A DNA stretch of 64,000 nucleotides from a virus, in IMG/VR virus record IMGVR_UViG_3300029985_000017, positions 99,230 through 163,229 of that record; one strand, given 5' to 3'. The notes beneath the pieces were generated by a model. That model saw only the letters and a program-made list of their open reading frames with translations. It was not told the origin of the DNA and ran no database searches. Below are positions 9,646 through 20,272 of this stretch, piece by piece. Position numbers and translations under genes: made by a program. Each line of letters starts with the position of its first letter. Position 1 is the first letter of the stretch.

Positions 9646-12600
9646 TTAGCTTATCAAAGATACAGAAATATTAGAAGGTTGTAAAACATATGTCTGCTCA
9701 TTAGGCTGAACAGCAATCAAATCATGTGTAGGACTATAGAGAGGAGAACTAATTGCGACAGAAACTACTCCAGCTACAGTAGTACAGACTGCAACAATAC
9801 TAGAAATTGCTATACTTTTTCCAACTGGATTTGAGTTTACCAGAGCTGCTACATTAGATTGTATTTGTTGTGCTACAGAACTAAAGGGTGCTCCCGTTTG
9901 CAAACGAACATCAATGGCTAAGGTAACAACCAGTGGCAAAGGTACGTCAACAAAAATATCGCTACCTGCTGCGGCTACGCCAGGAAATGTCAAAGGATCT
10001 GTTGGATCTCCATAAATAATTCTGTTGGCTTCTTGGATCAAACCGGTATTATATTTGTATCCATCAAGTCCTTCGTTAATTGTCGTTGGGAAGTTTAATT
10101 TATTAAGTGCAGTAACTTCTACTCCTGCTGCCTGATTAATCTTTTCATACTGTTGATAAGTATCAAAAAGAATTTCATTTAAGTTAGTAGTTCCTGGTTG
10201 TGGTCCAACCAAATAAACATGCTTATAGCCCGTATACGCCACACCTTCGTCTACATAAATGGAAGACAATAATCCGTTCAAATTAAATGAAGGGGTGCTA
10301 TAAGCAGAGAAAGTAATGGTAGCATCGCCTATACCGCTGGTCAAGGTTAAAGTTCCAGAAGACAATGGATTGCCATTGCCGGTAGTAGACAGCGTAGTTC
10401 CGCCCGAAATGGTGCTGCTCACAGTAAAAAGTTGACCGTTATTTGTATAGGTAGCTCCGGTAGTGGCATTAGCAGCAGTAACAGTAAAGATATAAACCGT
10501 GCTTAAAACGCCATTAATTACGATTTGATTTTGATTAGGAACTTGGGTAATAGTATAGCTACCCGCATTTGCAGCTCCAAAAGCCGTACTTGAAAGTACC
10601 AAAACATCCCCTGGAATCGTAGCTTCATATTCATAGAAAGTTAATGAACTAGAAGTTAAAGTCTTTTCTTCTTCTATGTAATCTGTATTTTTAATCCAAA
10701 AGCTATCGTTAAAGGTCCTAATAACTCTATAAGTTCCTTGATTTGGAGCGGAGAAAGGAGCGCCAATAATAACCGAATCACCTTCTTGCACACCTGTACT
10801 AGCTAAAAAGGTTGACCCAGCAGTAACAGCAAAGCTAGCTACTGTGGTAGCGTTAACATTGGTGACCTGTAGGGTGGTGGCAGTGCTGCCAGTTACCATG
10901 AACGTGCCGCTATTGGCTGGCGATCCAGTAACCATGATAGTCACTAAATTACCAATCGGTACCCCACTAAAATTGGTGGTTCCACTTAAAACGGTATAAA
11001 TAGAGTCATTTGTTTCAGAAACCAGTCCAATGCTTACCGTATCTCCTGTAGTACTTGCAAAATTAATGCTTTGTGTTAGATACTGAGGACTAGAAGTGCT
11101 ATTTACATAACTAAAACAAACTAGTTCACCTTGCGCTTCTACTCTAAAAGTAAGACTACTTAGACCACTAATAGCTCTGGGGGTGCCAAAATATCTTTGG
11201 GTAGAAAGTCCATTTGACAAAGTTACCGTACTTAAACCGGCTGAAGGGGAATTGGGAGTAAATACTACGTTAGTGTTATCACCTAATTCAGTCTGTTTTT
11301 GTTGTACGTTTGCAGCCTGCAAATAAAACCACTGTCCGCTTATTACATTGGATGAAGCAATAGTAGAAGCTGAAATAGCCGCATACTGATTATTAATGTT
11401 CAAAGCAGAATCAATTACAGGGAACGAATATCCATTTGCTGCTCCGCCTACAACTTCTATGTATCCTGCAGAACCGTATGTTTCCGAAGAAATTTCAAGT
11501 TCAGAATCCCTATTAGCAGTGTTAATAACACTAGCAGTAGACAATCCAGTTACAGCTTGGGTATTAATAAACTTATTTACTTGATCAATCGTAGTAGGAC
11601 TAAAAATGAGAGGTTCGCCGTTATTAAAAGAGTACCCTACATCTGAAGGCAATGCCAAAGGATTTTTAAGAACAAATTGTGGAGAACCTGAAATATTGCT
11701 TGACAATAACCAGTTAACGCCATCTACAAGTTGCGTATTGGTGCTAGCAGTAATTATACCTGTGCCAGGTGTTCCACCTGAACCATCATTAACTACCGTA
11801 GCAGAGATGTAAGAAGATAGATTTGCATTAACATAAGCTGCTACCGTCGTTGCCGTAGTCGCTGGTGGAATCGTGATAGTAAGATTAACCGTGTTACCAA
11901 CAGTAACTGAGTAATTCAAAGCACTTGCACTAGGAGAATAAACATAACTAATTATAGTTTGCTGTCCACTTGATCCCCACACCACAGAGCGGTAAAGAAT
12001 AGAGCTTTGTGAAGTAGTGCTACTCAAAGTTTTCTTAGCTTGCATCAATACTTTATAGTTATTAAAGCTAAAAGTAGAACCAAAGGACGTTACAAAACTA
12101 CCAGTTGGAGCTAGATCGGTATCATATGCATTAAAATCGTTAGAATTAACTCCATAAGTGGCGTTAGTTAAAGCATGCCTATAAAGAGGTACTTGAAAGG
12201 TATTATTAACTGGATTATTGTCAATAATAGCAACCAAAGTATCTTTAGCGCCAAAAGAAAGTGGGCTTGAGGTAAAGAATCTATCATTGGTCCTAAGTCT
12301 TCTAACATCAGGATCTTGTGTAATTCCCACTACAGTTGCCGCAACAGTAGTTTCTTGTACCACTTCATTTGCGGGCTGTTCGTCATCAATTCCACCATAA
12401 GGATTAATAAAGGTAATGATCTCGTCGGGTTCTCTTCCGACAAGACTAATGGTAGAATTAAAACTGGACACAAAAGTATCTGGTGGAAATGCATGGGTTC
12501 CAGAAGAAATAGTGCTATGGAAAAATGATGGCAGATAAGCACTAGCAGTATCTTGATGGGCTAAAATAGGATAACTACTTTGATTTGTTTGTCCAGCTGT

Positions 12601-15132
12601 AAAATTCAACAGCTGTCCAACTTCATCAAAAGTAATGACTGTTATAGCACCACTAGTATTAATGGTATTGGTTTTAATGGCTAAGTATTCTTCTATAACA
12701 ACTGAAAAAGTAAGAGAATCTGTTTGAGCTTGTAGATAAATAGAAATGGCATCTAGAGTTTGTATGCCAGTAGGGACGTTAAATTTTTGAGGAGCATCAG
12801 CCATTCTAGCAACTATAAAACTCGCTTCTTTAATTACAACATCAGATTGTGGTGCAACAGCTGCGGCTTCTGCTGGAGTAACCAAAATATTTAGGGTATC
12901 TTTAGTTGTAGTGGTGGTAGTAATTGAATGAACTCTGCCCTCAAGTCTATTGGTAGCATTAAGTTCTGGAGACCATATAATTACATAGTCGCCTGGCAAA
13001 ATATTAGAAAAGGCTGAAACAGTGTTACATGCATAACTAACTAAGCTACCAGAAACGCTAACGGTTATAAAGCTACCAGGAGTCGCACCAGTAGGAATAA
13101 TAGCTACCGGTTCATCAATGGCTAACCAAACATATCCTTCTGATGGAAAATTGATAGATCCACCGCTAATCGCAGTACTAGTAATGGTTCCTTTTGTATT
13201 TTGAGTTCCGGCAGTTAGAGTGTCTCCGGCAACTAAAGGTACAGCAAGTTCAAATTGTGCAGTATTGCGATCTAGAGTGTAATCTGAGGTGAGGCCCTTA
13301 GAAGACAAACCTTCAGCTGATGTAAACATTCCTTTAGTTACTAAGGTAGATGATGAGCTTATTACTACTTGAGCACGAGTTTCTGCTCCTAAATTACTTG
13401 TAAGTTCTATCTGTGAACCTGAAATAGTGGCCGTTATGCCTGTAATTTTGTTATTAAATACTTCTACCCAAGATTGTAGGGAGTTTGTAGGACTTACAGT
13501 AGAATATAGGCCTGTAGCTAGAAAATCAGAATTTAGAATGGTATAAGTAATCGAATTCGTTCCATCAACTGAAATGATTAGTGTATCGCCATTAGCAATA
13601 CTGCTTGACCAATTGGCTTGTTGTGCTGAAAAAACAGAAGCTGTATCTCCATCTTCGCTTAGCAATTTACCGTCTTTGTAAAGTCTTAGGGTTTCATTAA
13701 GTGTAGTAGGGAATCCTAAATAATTATTGGCGTCTGTTAATGATGGAGAAGATGGCGTAGTTACTTGAATAGATTCATGAGTTTCTGCAATAGCGTTAAG
13801 TACCACATAGGTTCCGCCTCCAGAGGTTGAGGCTTGAAAATTTACTAAAGTGTCGGCATTAATACTTGCGCAAATTTCATAAGCTGTAGCTGCGCCTGGA
13901 GCTTGGAAATCAGAGTTTAGAAAAGCATGCTGGGTAGTAACACCGCCAACTGTAACGGCTAGTACATATCCACCCTGAATTGCGAATGGAGATGCGTTTG
14001 TTGATTGAACAAAAGCTTTAGAAATTGGAGCTTGAGTGCCTCCAGTTGCCAATTGAAAGTACTGCTCTCCACCAATAGCAGAATCTACGATATGCTCAAT
14101 AGCAACTCCTGAAGTTTTAGCTTCATATGGAGTGGATCCACCGGTAGAAATGTAAATAGTTGATGTGCCGTTTAAATTATTAACTAAAATGTCAGAAGAA
14201 ATAGTGGCAGCTTCATCAGTTGCTGTAGCTCCAATCAAAGAGTTTTCTAACGCTGTAGCCGTACCCAATCCAATAGAAGAGAGTTGGTTTTGAATTTGTG
14301 TTCTTAATTGATCGTCAGTAGTAGGATCTGTTCCTCCGCTAGTAGGCGAAGGATTTGTAACTGTAGCATTGGGAAAGGGGGAGCTAGCAAATTGTGTAAT
14401 AGCTCCAATGGGTATATTGCTAGCTGAGCCTGGCAAAAGAGCTGTAATAGGCACATTAGTTACAGTATTAGCACCGTCTAAAAGAACTCCTTGCTGGGTT
14501 ACCACGTATTGATTGTTAGGGGTTATTCCATTTGATGGGGAAAGTACGATTGTGTTTACAGGAACAATTCTATTTCCGCCTTGACTAAGGATAATAGACT
14601 CATTGATATTATGAAATTTAGTAGTAGCAGAAGTTAAATTGAACTGATAATAATTTCCAATTGAAACTATAGAGGAATATCCAATTGGACCCTCACTATT
14701 ATTGGTGCCCCTACCAAGATATATGTTTCCTGTAGCAGGAAATCCTATGTTAGAGCTAGCGTAAACTATAATAGAACCTGCATTAGTTGCATTTTGGCCG
14801 GGATAAACGGAGGTAGAAACAACTTGGAAAGAGGTATCGGTTACAGTTATAGAACCAGTACTAACAGCTGATTCTACAGGCGTAATCCCAAATTCTGCAG
14901 CGATTGCCTGCAAACTTGAGCCACTAGCGTATTGTAAACTTGAATTTAATAGTGTAGTAAATACATCCCCTGAAGCGCGGGCAATTGCTAAAGCTACAAC
15001 TTGAAAAAAACTTAAATTGGCAGAGCCCACAAATGGTGAAGAAATTCCAGTACTTGTGGCATAACTGGATAGCATGTCCGAAGTAATCTGGGAATAACTC
15101 TCTGGTTGCGGAACTGTTGGTAGTGTAGCCAT
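9646..15132 (-). CDS. Very large baseplate J-like wedge protein
   Basis: GGTDPTTDDQLRTQI J-family motif; J-like C-terminus VAGVVSV; 1828 aa. Confidence 0.75.
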   Translation of the reverse strand: MATLPTVPQPESYSQITSDMLSSYATSTGISSPFVGSANLSFFQVVALAIARASGDVFTTLLNSSLQYASGSSLQAIAAEFGITPVESAVSTGSITVTDTSFQVVSTSVYPGQNATNAGSIIVYASSNIGFPATGNIYLGRGTNNSEGPIGYSSIVSIGNYYQFNLTSATTKFHNINESIILSQGGNRIVPVNTIVLSPSNGITPNNQYVVTQQGVLLDGANTVTNVPITALLPGSASNIPIGAITQFASSPFPNATVTNPSPTSGGTDPTTDDQLRTQIQNQLSSIGLGTATALENSLIGATATDEAATISSDILVNNLNGTSTIYISTGGSTPYEAKTSGVAIEHIVDSAIGGEQYFQLATGGTQAPISKAFVQSTNASPFAIQGGYVLAVTVGGVTTQHAFLNSDFQAPGAATAYEICASINADTLVNFQASTSGGGTYVVLNAIAETHESIQVTTPSSPSLTDANNYLGFPTTLNETLRLYKDGKLLSEDGDTASVFSAQQANWSSSIANGDTLIISVDGTNSITYTILNSDFLATGLYSTVSPTNSLQSWVEVFNNKITGITATISGSQIELTSNLGAETRAQVVISSSSTLVTKGMFTSAEGLSSKGLTSDYTLDRNTAQFELAVPLVAGDTLTAGTQNTKGTITSTAISGGSINFPSEGYVWLAIDEPVAIIPTGATPGSFITVSVSGSLVSYACNTVSAFSNILPGDYVIIWSPELNATNRLEGRVHSITTTTTTKDTLNILVTPAEAAAVAPQSDVVIKEASFIVARMADAPQKFNVPTGIQTLDAISIYLQAQTDSLTFSVVIEEYLAIKTNTINTSGAITVITFDEVGQLLNFTAGQTNQSSYPILAHQDTASAYLPSFFHSTISSGTHAFPPDTFVSSFNSTISLVGREPDEIITFINPYGGIDDEQPANEVVQETTVAATVVGITQDPDVRRLRTNDRFFTSSPLSFGAKDTLVAIIDNNPVNNTFQVPLYRHALTNATYGVNSNDFNAYDTDLAPTGSFVTSFGSTFSFNNYKVLMQAKKTLSSTTSQSSILYRSVVWGSSGQQTIISYVYSPSASALNYSVTVGNTVNLTITIPPATTATTVAAYVNANLSSYISATVVNDGSGGTPGTGIITASTNTQLVDGVNWLLSSNISGSPQFVLKNPLALPSDVGYSFNNGEPLIFSPTTIDQVNKFINTQAVTGLSTASVINTANRDSELEISSETYGSAGYIEVVGGAANGYSFPVIDSALNINNQYAAISASTIASSNVISGQWFYLQAANVQQKQTELGDNTNVVFTPNSPSAGLSTVTLSNGLSTQRYFGTPRAISGLSSLTFRVEAQGELVCFSYVNSTSSPQYLTQSINFASTTGDTVSIGLVSETNDSIYTVLSGTTNFSGVPIGNLVTIMVTGSPANSGTFMVTGSTATTLQVTNVNATTVASFAVTAGSTFLASTGVQEGDSVIIGAPFSAPNQGTYRVIRTFNDSFWIKNTDYIEEEKTLTSSSLTFYEYEATIPGDVLVLSSTAFGAANAGSYTITQVPNQNQIVINGVLSTVYIFTVTAANATTGATYTNNGQLFTVSSTISGGTTLSTTGNGNPLSSGTLTLTSGIGDATITFSAYSTPSFNLNGLLSSIYVDEGVAYTGYKHVYLVGPQPGTTNLNEILFDTYQQYEKINQAAGVEVTALNKLNFPTTINEGLDGYKYNTGLIQEANRIIYGDPTDPLTFPGVAAAGSDIFVDVPLPLVVTLAIDVRLQTGAPFSSVAQQIQSNVAALVNSNPVGKSIAISSIVAVCTTVAGVVSVAISSPLYSPTHDLIAVQPNEQTYVLQPSNISVSLIS

Positions 15133-15173
15133 TTTATTTTATACCTTTATACTTTTATATCACAACTCTATAT

Positions 15174-17825
15174 TTATGCTGCTAACTCAAAATTAACAGG
15201 GAAAACTCCGGTTTGGCCTGCAATTTGCACGCCCACGCTAATGGTTAAAGTCGGCGGAGTTGCAGCAATTTGCAAACCTGTAACACCATCAAATCTAGGG
15301 TCAGCCTGAATTTGCATATTGATTTGTTTAGCTAAATCTTGTATATTAAGATCGGCGACACTGGTTCCAGGAATAACTCCTAGACCATATTGTGGCTCCA
15401 ACATAAAACTATTAATCGTAGTAGTAAATAAAATTCTAAGAGCCTGTACAATATTGGTCATTCCATAGGACAATAAAAAATTACCGTATTGGTCTATAAT
15501 AATATCACCATTATCATCTAATAGCCAATCTACGCCTGAAATATCTGCCAAAGGATCTCCGCTTAAGCTAACTAAAGGAGGTAATGGAATATTAACTTGT
15601 CCTTGTAATTGAGCTACTGGTAAATCGCTTGGAATATAAATTTTTTGCATTGCATTTACTGTATTAGGAAGATAGGCCTGTATATATGCTTTGTTCGCTG
15701 TAGTAAAATTGCCAAGATTTGGTTCGCCATCTAAAGTGATAAGATACCCACCATTATTTGGCAATGGAGTAATATTAGTAATACTTCTTGATTGTTGGAT
15801 TTGTCCTGCAGCCATAAAAGTAACGGTTTGGCCTAAATATAAATCCACATTACTTGTAACAACGGCCTGTCTACCAATTGCATTGGTCACTAACGGCAAT
15901 TGGAAGCCCAGGTAATCTAAGTATGGTTCTTCAAGGCTATTCAAAGTGGCTATTTCTAACCAACGATTAGGATCTCCTAAGTAACGGGCTGCGATACCTT
16001 CTATGGTAGTATTAAAAGGTACGGGCACTATAATTTTACTAGTAGGAACATCGAATGGTATTCCTGATTGGGTGGCCAATCCAGCCACATAATCTAAAGA
16101 ACTTTGAATGTTGAGGTCGGTAATTTGCGTGGTGGCAGTTAAAATGTTTACAGATTGAATAAACTCATATAAAGTATCTAAAATCAAAAATTGAGGTATA
16201 CTCATTGGCTGATTGCGTACTGGAGGGGGTGTTAAATTGTAAAGTTCATTGTATAGCGGGGCTCCTGCACCAAAATATCCTTCTAGTTGGACCGCTAGAG
16301 ATAAAATTGAGTTCGCATTATTTTTAAGTTGTTGTACAGTCAAAGTAGTATTGTTGAGAATGTTGTTCAGCTTATTTTGTTGAGCAGTATTTAAAACTAA
16401 CTGACTTGTAGGGACTTGGTCCATTAAATCTACGAAGGCGTTAGGGTTATTAAAAATATTTGCAGCAGGATTGGTCTGTTGCGCATTAGCTACACTATTA
16501 CCCAGTTGGCCATTAGATGCGGCGGTTTGACTAATACCATTTCTAGCAGTTTGCGCCGCAGCTATAGCCGCGACAGCTGCAACTCCAGCAGTGGTTGTAA
16601 CAGCGGTAGCTATAGCATTAGAATTTATAGAGGCATAATTTTGTATTGCAGAACTAAAATCTTTTTGAATAGACGCGGGAAGATCCGAAGCTGCGGTCCC
16701 AACTCCCATTAGGTCTTTAACGAATAAAGCTGTTTGACTAAGAACATTAAAGACGCCATTTACATCTGAAGTAACCGCACCAATTACGGCGATTGCAGAG
16801 CTACAAGTTAAGCGCGCTTCTGTTATACCATTCAAAATTCTTTGCAGAATTCCTGGCGTGATTTTATAAACATTTGCTGGAACAACTTTGCTGGATTCGC
16901 TTAGAGTAATCCTCCTCCAAGCCTTAAATTGCAACTGATACATTATTTCCATCGGCTTTTGTGCCGATTGCTGCCAAACATACTGCATTGGAGTTACGAC
17001 ATAGGAGGTATTTTGTTTTGGAATATCAAAAACTAAACGCCATCCGGCATTATCGGGATTTTTCTTAGCTTCAGCATACTGCTCAATAAACTGCTGAAGA
17101 TACAAAGCCTGATAGTAGCCAGTACTAGTTGGACCAAAAGTAGCGCCAGCGCTAGTTGGACCAATAGTATTGGGCTTTTGATTTGGATTATTAGTTGTAA
17201 AAGTATTAACAGTGGTGGCTACCTGATTGATTAGACCCGTAATAGCCGTTAAAGTGCCCCCAAATACTGATTGTAAGATGGAGGGGCTTCCTGGAGGCTT
17301 TGAGACGCTCTCTCTATAAGGCCAAACACCCATAGATCCTGAGGCGTTAATTAATTTAAACTTAATCCCATTATGTTCTTCTAAAACACCCCTTAAAGTA
17401 GCCGAAGTATTAATAGCATATTGATCAGTAATACTAAGCTGTTGAGGTGTAATGGGAAGATTAAATTCCCATTTAGTCGTCGTAAGAGCATTGAAAGTTA
17501 AAGTGGGCGTACCCTGTTGAACGCCCGTCACAGTGCCTTTATAATCTCCAAAACCGCTTACAATACTGTTATTATTGGTCACATCTATTACAACTAATCT
17601 GTAAGGAAACAGCTGGTTCCAGCGAGAAGCGTCTAAAGCTATAGGAGGATAAAAGGCACTTAGATAGTTCGCTCCCGCTTGTGGATCCCAAGGAGTGACT
17701 AAAGGTGTATTGGCGATCGAAGCATTGCCCGAATTAAGTCCAAAGGCTGCCGCAGCTGCATTACTAAGGCCGCTGATAGCACTTCCAATGCCTAAATTAC
17801 CGGTACCGTTAGAAAATACATCCAT
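15174..17825 (-). CDS. Baseplate fusion protein (tube-initiator-like / LysM-like / gp25-like C-terminus)
   Basis: TIEGIAARYLGDPNRWLEIATLN (LysM/tail X-like); NIVQALRILF...PQYGLG...DPRF (gp25-like). Confidence 0.65.
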   Translation of the reverse strand: MDVFSNGTGNLGIGSAISGLSNAAAAAFGLNSGNASIANTPLVTPWDPQAGANYLSAFYPPIALDASRWNQLFPYRLVVIDVTNNNSIVSGFGDYKGTVTGVQQGTPTLTFNALTTTKWEFNLPITPQQLSITDQYAINTSATLRGVLEEHNGIKFKLINASGSMGVWPYRESVSKPPGSPSILQSVFGGTLTAITGLINQVATTVNTFTTNNPNQKPNTIGPTSAGATFGPTSTGYYQALYLQQFIEQYAEAKKNPDNAGWRLVFDIPKQNTSYVVTPMQYVWQQSAQKPMEIMYQLQFKAWRRITLSESSKVVPANVYKITPGILQRILNGITEARLTCSSAIAVIGAVTSDVNGVFNVLSQTALFVKDLMGVGTAASDLPASIQKDFSSAIQNYASINSNAIATAVTTTAGVAAVAAIAAAQTARNGISQTAASNGQLGNSVANAQQTNPAANIFNNPNAFVDLMDQVPTSQLVLNTAQQNKLNNILNNTTLTVQQLKNNANSILSLAVQLEGYFGAGAPLYNELYNLTPPPVRNQPMSIPQFLILDTLYEFIQSVNILTATTQITDLNIQSSLDYVAGLATQSGIPFDVPTSKIIVPVPFNTTIEGIAARYLGDPNRWLEIATLNSLEEPYLDYLGFQLPLVTNAIGRQAVVTSNVDLYLGQTVTFMAAGQIQQSRSITNITPLPNNGGYLITLDGEPNLGNFTTANKAYIQAYLPNTVNAMQKIYIPSDLPVAQLQGQVNIPLPPLVSLSGDPLADISGVDWLLDDNGDIIIDQYGNFLLSYGMTNIVQALRILFTTTINSFMLEPQYGLGVIPGTSVADLNIQDLAKQINMQIQADPRFDGVTGLQIAATPPTLTISVGVQIAGQTGVFPVNFELAA

Positions 17826-17830
17826 TGAGT

Positions 17831-17838
17831 TAAAGATT
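17831..17838 (-). promoter_or_regulatory. AATCTTTA late-promoter-like motif
   Basis: 5 nt before ATG 17825, no SD. Confidence 0.6.
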
Positions 17839-17907
17839 ACAGTTACAAGTATATCTTATTTATAAAGATAAGTCCCTGATTTTATTAGTCAATATAGATA
17901 TCTATGA

Positions 17908-18735
17908 TTATCTTACTTCTATTCCTAGTTCTTTTAACTTATTTCTATCCCAAAGCTCGGAGTTTGGGTGTATAGATTTAAACCAATCCCATTTAATTTG
18001 TGCATCTGGGCGCATCAAACCCTTTATTTCTACCCATAAATTACAGTCCGGAAGAAATAGGTCTGGTCTGTAGCTAGTTGACTTCCCAGTAGGATTACAT
18101 ATAACGTCAGTGGGTATTTCAAAAGTTTTTGGTTGCCACTCAAAATTAATTTTATGGAAATTTAGATAATCTACAGTTTTCGCCTCATAAGATCCTTGAC
18201 AAACGAGTTCTTCATTTGTTTTCCAGTGGAACTTAACTGTTGATTTATTGGATGATTTAGCCACTTTTAAAGAAATGCCTGTGTTTTTGTTGGGGTTACA
18301 GAAACCGTATCTTTCTATGCAAGTTTCCCTTATTTTCTCTTTAACTTCTTCGCTTTGAAAAGGATTTTCTACTCCCCGCTTATTCAGACATGTTTTTTTC
18401 TTTTTTTCTTTTATAAGTTCATTTTGACCTGGATAATCTACCCCATAATTTTTATTTGAAGTTATTTTTTTCTTATTCTTGATTTCTGAAGATTGAGAAA
18501 CGTTTTCGACACCATACACCTTTAATGTAGTTTGTTTTCTCTTTAAAATAGCTCTAGTAGGATGGCTGCCACCCTTCAACACACTTTTCACGACAGCTTC
18601 CCAGCTTCCAAAAATATTGTCCATAAAAATAGCAGATCTACGACTAGAAATATAACTTTCTTTCATTATTGTTACGGTATCGCCATGAACTAATTTTAGT
18701 CTAGTTTCTACCTGTTTTATTGTAAGCTTTCTCAT
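17908..18735 (-). CDS. Free-standing homing-type endonuclease (PD-(D/E)XK C-terminus)
   Basis: Repeats K.T.L..YGVEN; YRPDLF...WVEIKG nuclease motif; own TTGACA promoter. Confidence 0.75.
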   Translation of the reverse strand: MRKLTIKQVETRLKLVHGDTVTIMKESYISSRRSAIFMDNIFGSWEAVVKSVLKGGSHPTRAILKRKQTTLKVYGVENVSQSSEIKNKKKITSNKNYGVDYPGQNELIKEKKKKTCLNKRGVENPFQSEEVKEKIRETCIERYGFCNPNKNTGISLKVAKSSNKSTVKFHWKTNEELVCQGSYEAKTVDYLNFHKINFEWQPKTFEIPTDVICNPTGKSTSYRPDLFLPDCNLWVEIKGLMRPDAQIKWDWFKSIHPNSELWDRNKLKELGIEVR

Positions 18736-18834
18736 AATCTATAGTTTACACAAATGGATAGATTTGTCAATAAAAATGTTTCCTACTCTATATTTTATAA
18801 ATAGCGATTTTATAGTTATGATATAAATAAGGGT

Positions 18835-19398
18835 ATGAGAACAAAAACTAAGACTTTACTACTTGTTTTTATTGGACTTTTCTTTTGTGCTAAGATAATG
18901 TCTTGCTCTTCAGTTCATATAAAGCCCGCTCCTGAGTATAAAGGGGTCGATCCTAAACTTCAATCACTAGTAGATGAATATAAAGAATTAGCAAAATTTC
19001 AAAATATAACTTTCAAACATGAAGTGACTATGGGTTTTACGGATATAAATAACAATAATATCATAGGTTTATGTACTTATGGTAGAGGGTGGAGAGAAAT
19101 TGATATAGACGCTAATTACTATAACAATGCTACCTCTATATCTAAATTAGTCTTGATGTTCCATGAGTTGAGCCACTGCTATTGTGGGCGAGATCATGAC
19201 TATGGTAATGGAATAAAATACAAAGATGCTAGCGAAATGCAAAAAGTAATAACTATCTTTGATACGGACATGGATGGTTTCTATCCTGATTACTGTCCTT
19301 TAAGCTTGCTTTATCCCATAGTTGTAAGTAATATATGTCTAATGAGGCACTACGGGGACTATATTGTAGAAATGTTTAATCGTTGCAATCCATATTAA
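18835..19398 (+). CDS. Secreted/lipoprotein zincin metallopeptidase
   Basis: Signal peptide with Cys; HELSHCYCGRDH (HExxH...H). Confidence 0.7.
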   Translation: MRTKTKTLLLVFIGLFFCAKIMSCSSVHIKPAPEYKGVDPKLQSLVDEYKELAKFQNITFKHEVTMGFTDINNNNIIGLCTYGRGWREIDIDANYYNNATSISKLVLMFHELSHCYCGRDHDYGNGIKYKDASEMQKVITIFDTDMDGFYPDYCPLSLLYPIVVSNICLMRHYGDYIVEMFNRCNPY

Positions 19399-19399
19399 T

Positions 19400-19762
19400 A
19401 TGCTAACTTCAGAACAAGCTAAAAATATTATCTATGTCTATAGTTTCCTAATGGAAACTGAAACAAATGGTTGGGATAGATTGGACAATCATTTAGAAAT
19501 GCTAGAATGGTTAGATGATTTGCAATTGTATAGAGAAGCCGAAGTACTCTATAGTTACCATAGAAATAAGACTATGGGCTGTGGGAAAACTCATAAGCCT
19601 GGTGTTGGGTGCACCGTAAAATTTATTATGGAAGCAGTAGATTCTATTATACAACTTTACGAAGAAACAGATAATCTACATCCAAAAAATAAGTATATAC
19701 TTTCATACTATATAGCTTTATGTAAAGAAGGCCATATATGCGAAATGGAAGAACGTCACTGA
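19400..19762 (+). CDS. Hypothetical protein
   Basis: Adjacent ORF, 120 aa. Confidence 0.55.
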   Translation: MLTSEQAKNIIYVYSFLMETETNGWDRLDNHLEMLEWLDDLQLYREAEVLYSYHRNKTMGCGKTHKPGVGCTVKFIMEAVDSIIQLYEETDNLHPKNKYILSYYIALCKEGHICEMEERH

Positions 19763-20007
19763 ACTCTAAATGGCAATATTTTAAGATTAGTTAAACATTT
19801 CATAGCTATATCTCTTTGCTTACTAGTTCCATTTTTTAGGGTATGAGATATATTATCTAAAAGAGTACTATAATATTTTTCTGCTTGTGATGCCGTAAAA
19901 GTATAAGTTCCATTTTTAATATACATATCATTAGCAATTAAAATATTATAGGAATTGGATTCCATTTTTTTAATTTCTTTTTCTGTAAGACTTTTTCTTT
20001 TGCTCAT
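19756..20007 (-). CDS. Hypothetical protein
   Basis: Start moved to MSKRK, just downstream of the previous stop. Confidence 0.5.
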   Translation of the reverse strand: MSKRKSLTEKEIKKMESNSYNILIANDMYIKNGTYTFTASQAEKYYSTLLDNISHTLKNGTSKQRDIAMKCLTNLKILPFRVQ

Positions 20008-20011
20008 AAAA

Positions 20012-20272
20012 TTATGATATGGTTCCCGTACCAACCCCAGTACCAGCGCTTGGACTTCCAGCCGATGCCGTTACAGGGATAATTACAACATCCGTAGTAT
20101 TAACCACGGTATTGGCTACCAAAAAAGGAATTATGGCGTTGGCTATGCCTTGAGATAGGGCATCTATATATTCTGGCGTGCCTATTAGACCACCAAATTT
20201 GGCCTCAACTGCAGCTGTAATGGCTGAGGTTAAAGATGCTGTTAAAACTGATTCTTGTCCCGTGATTGGCAT
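20012..20272 (-). CDS. Small virion protein (spike-associated)
   Basis: C-terminal GTGVGTGTIS; downstream of spike gene. Confidence 0.5.
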   Translation of the reverse strand: MPITGQESVLTASLTSAITAAVEAKFGGLIGTPEYIDALSQGIANAIIPFLVANTVVNTTDVVIIPVTASAGSPSAGTGVGTGTIS

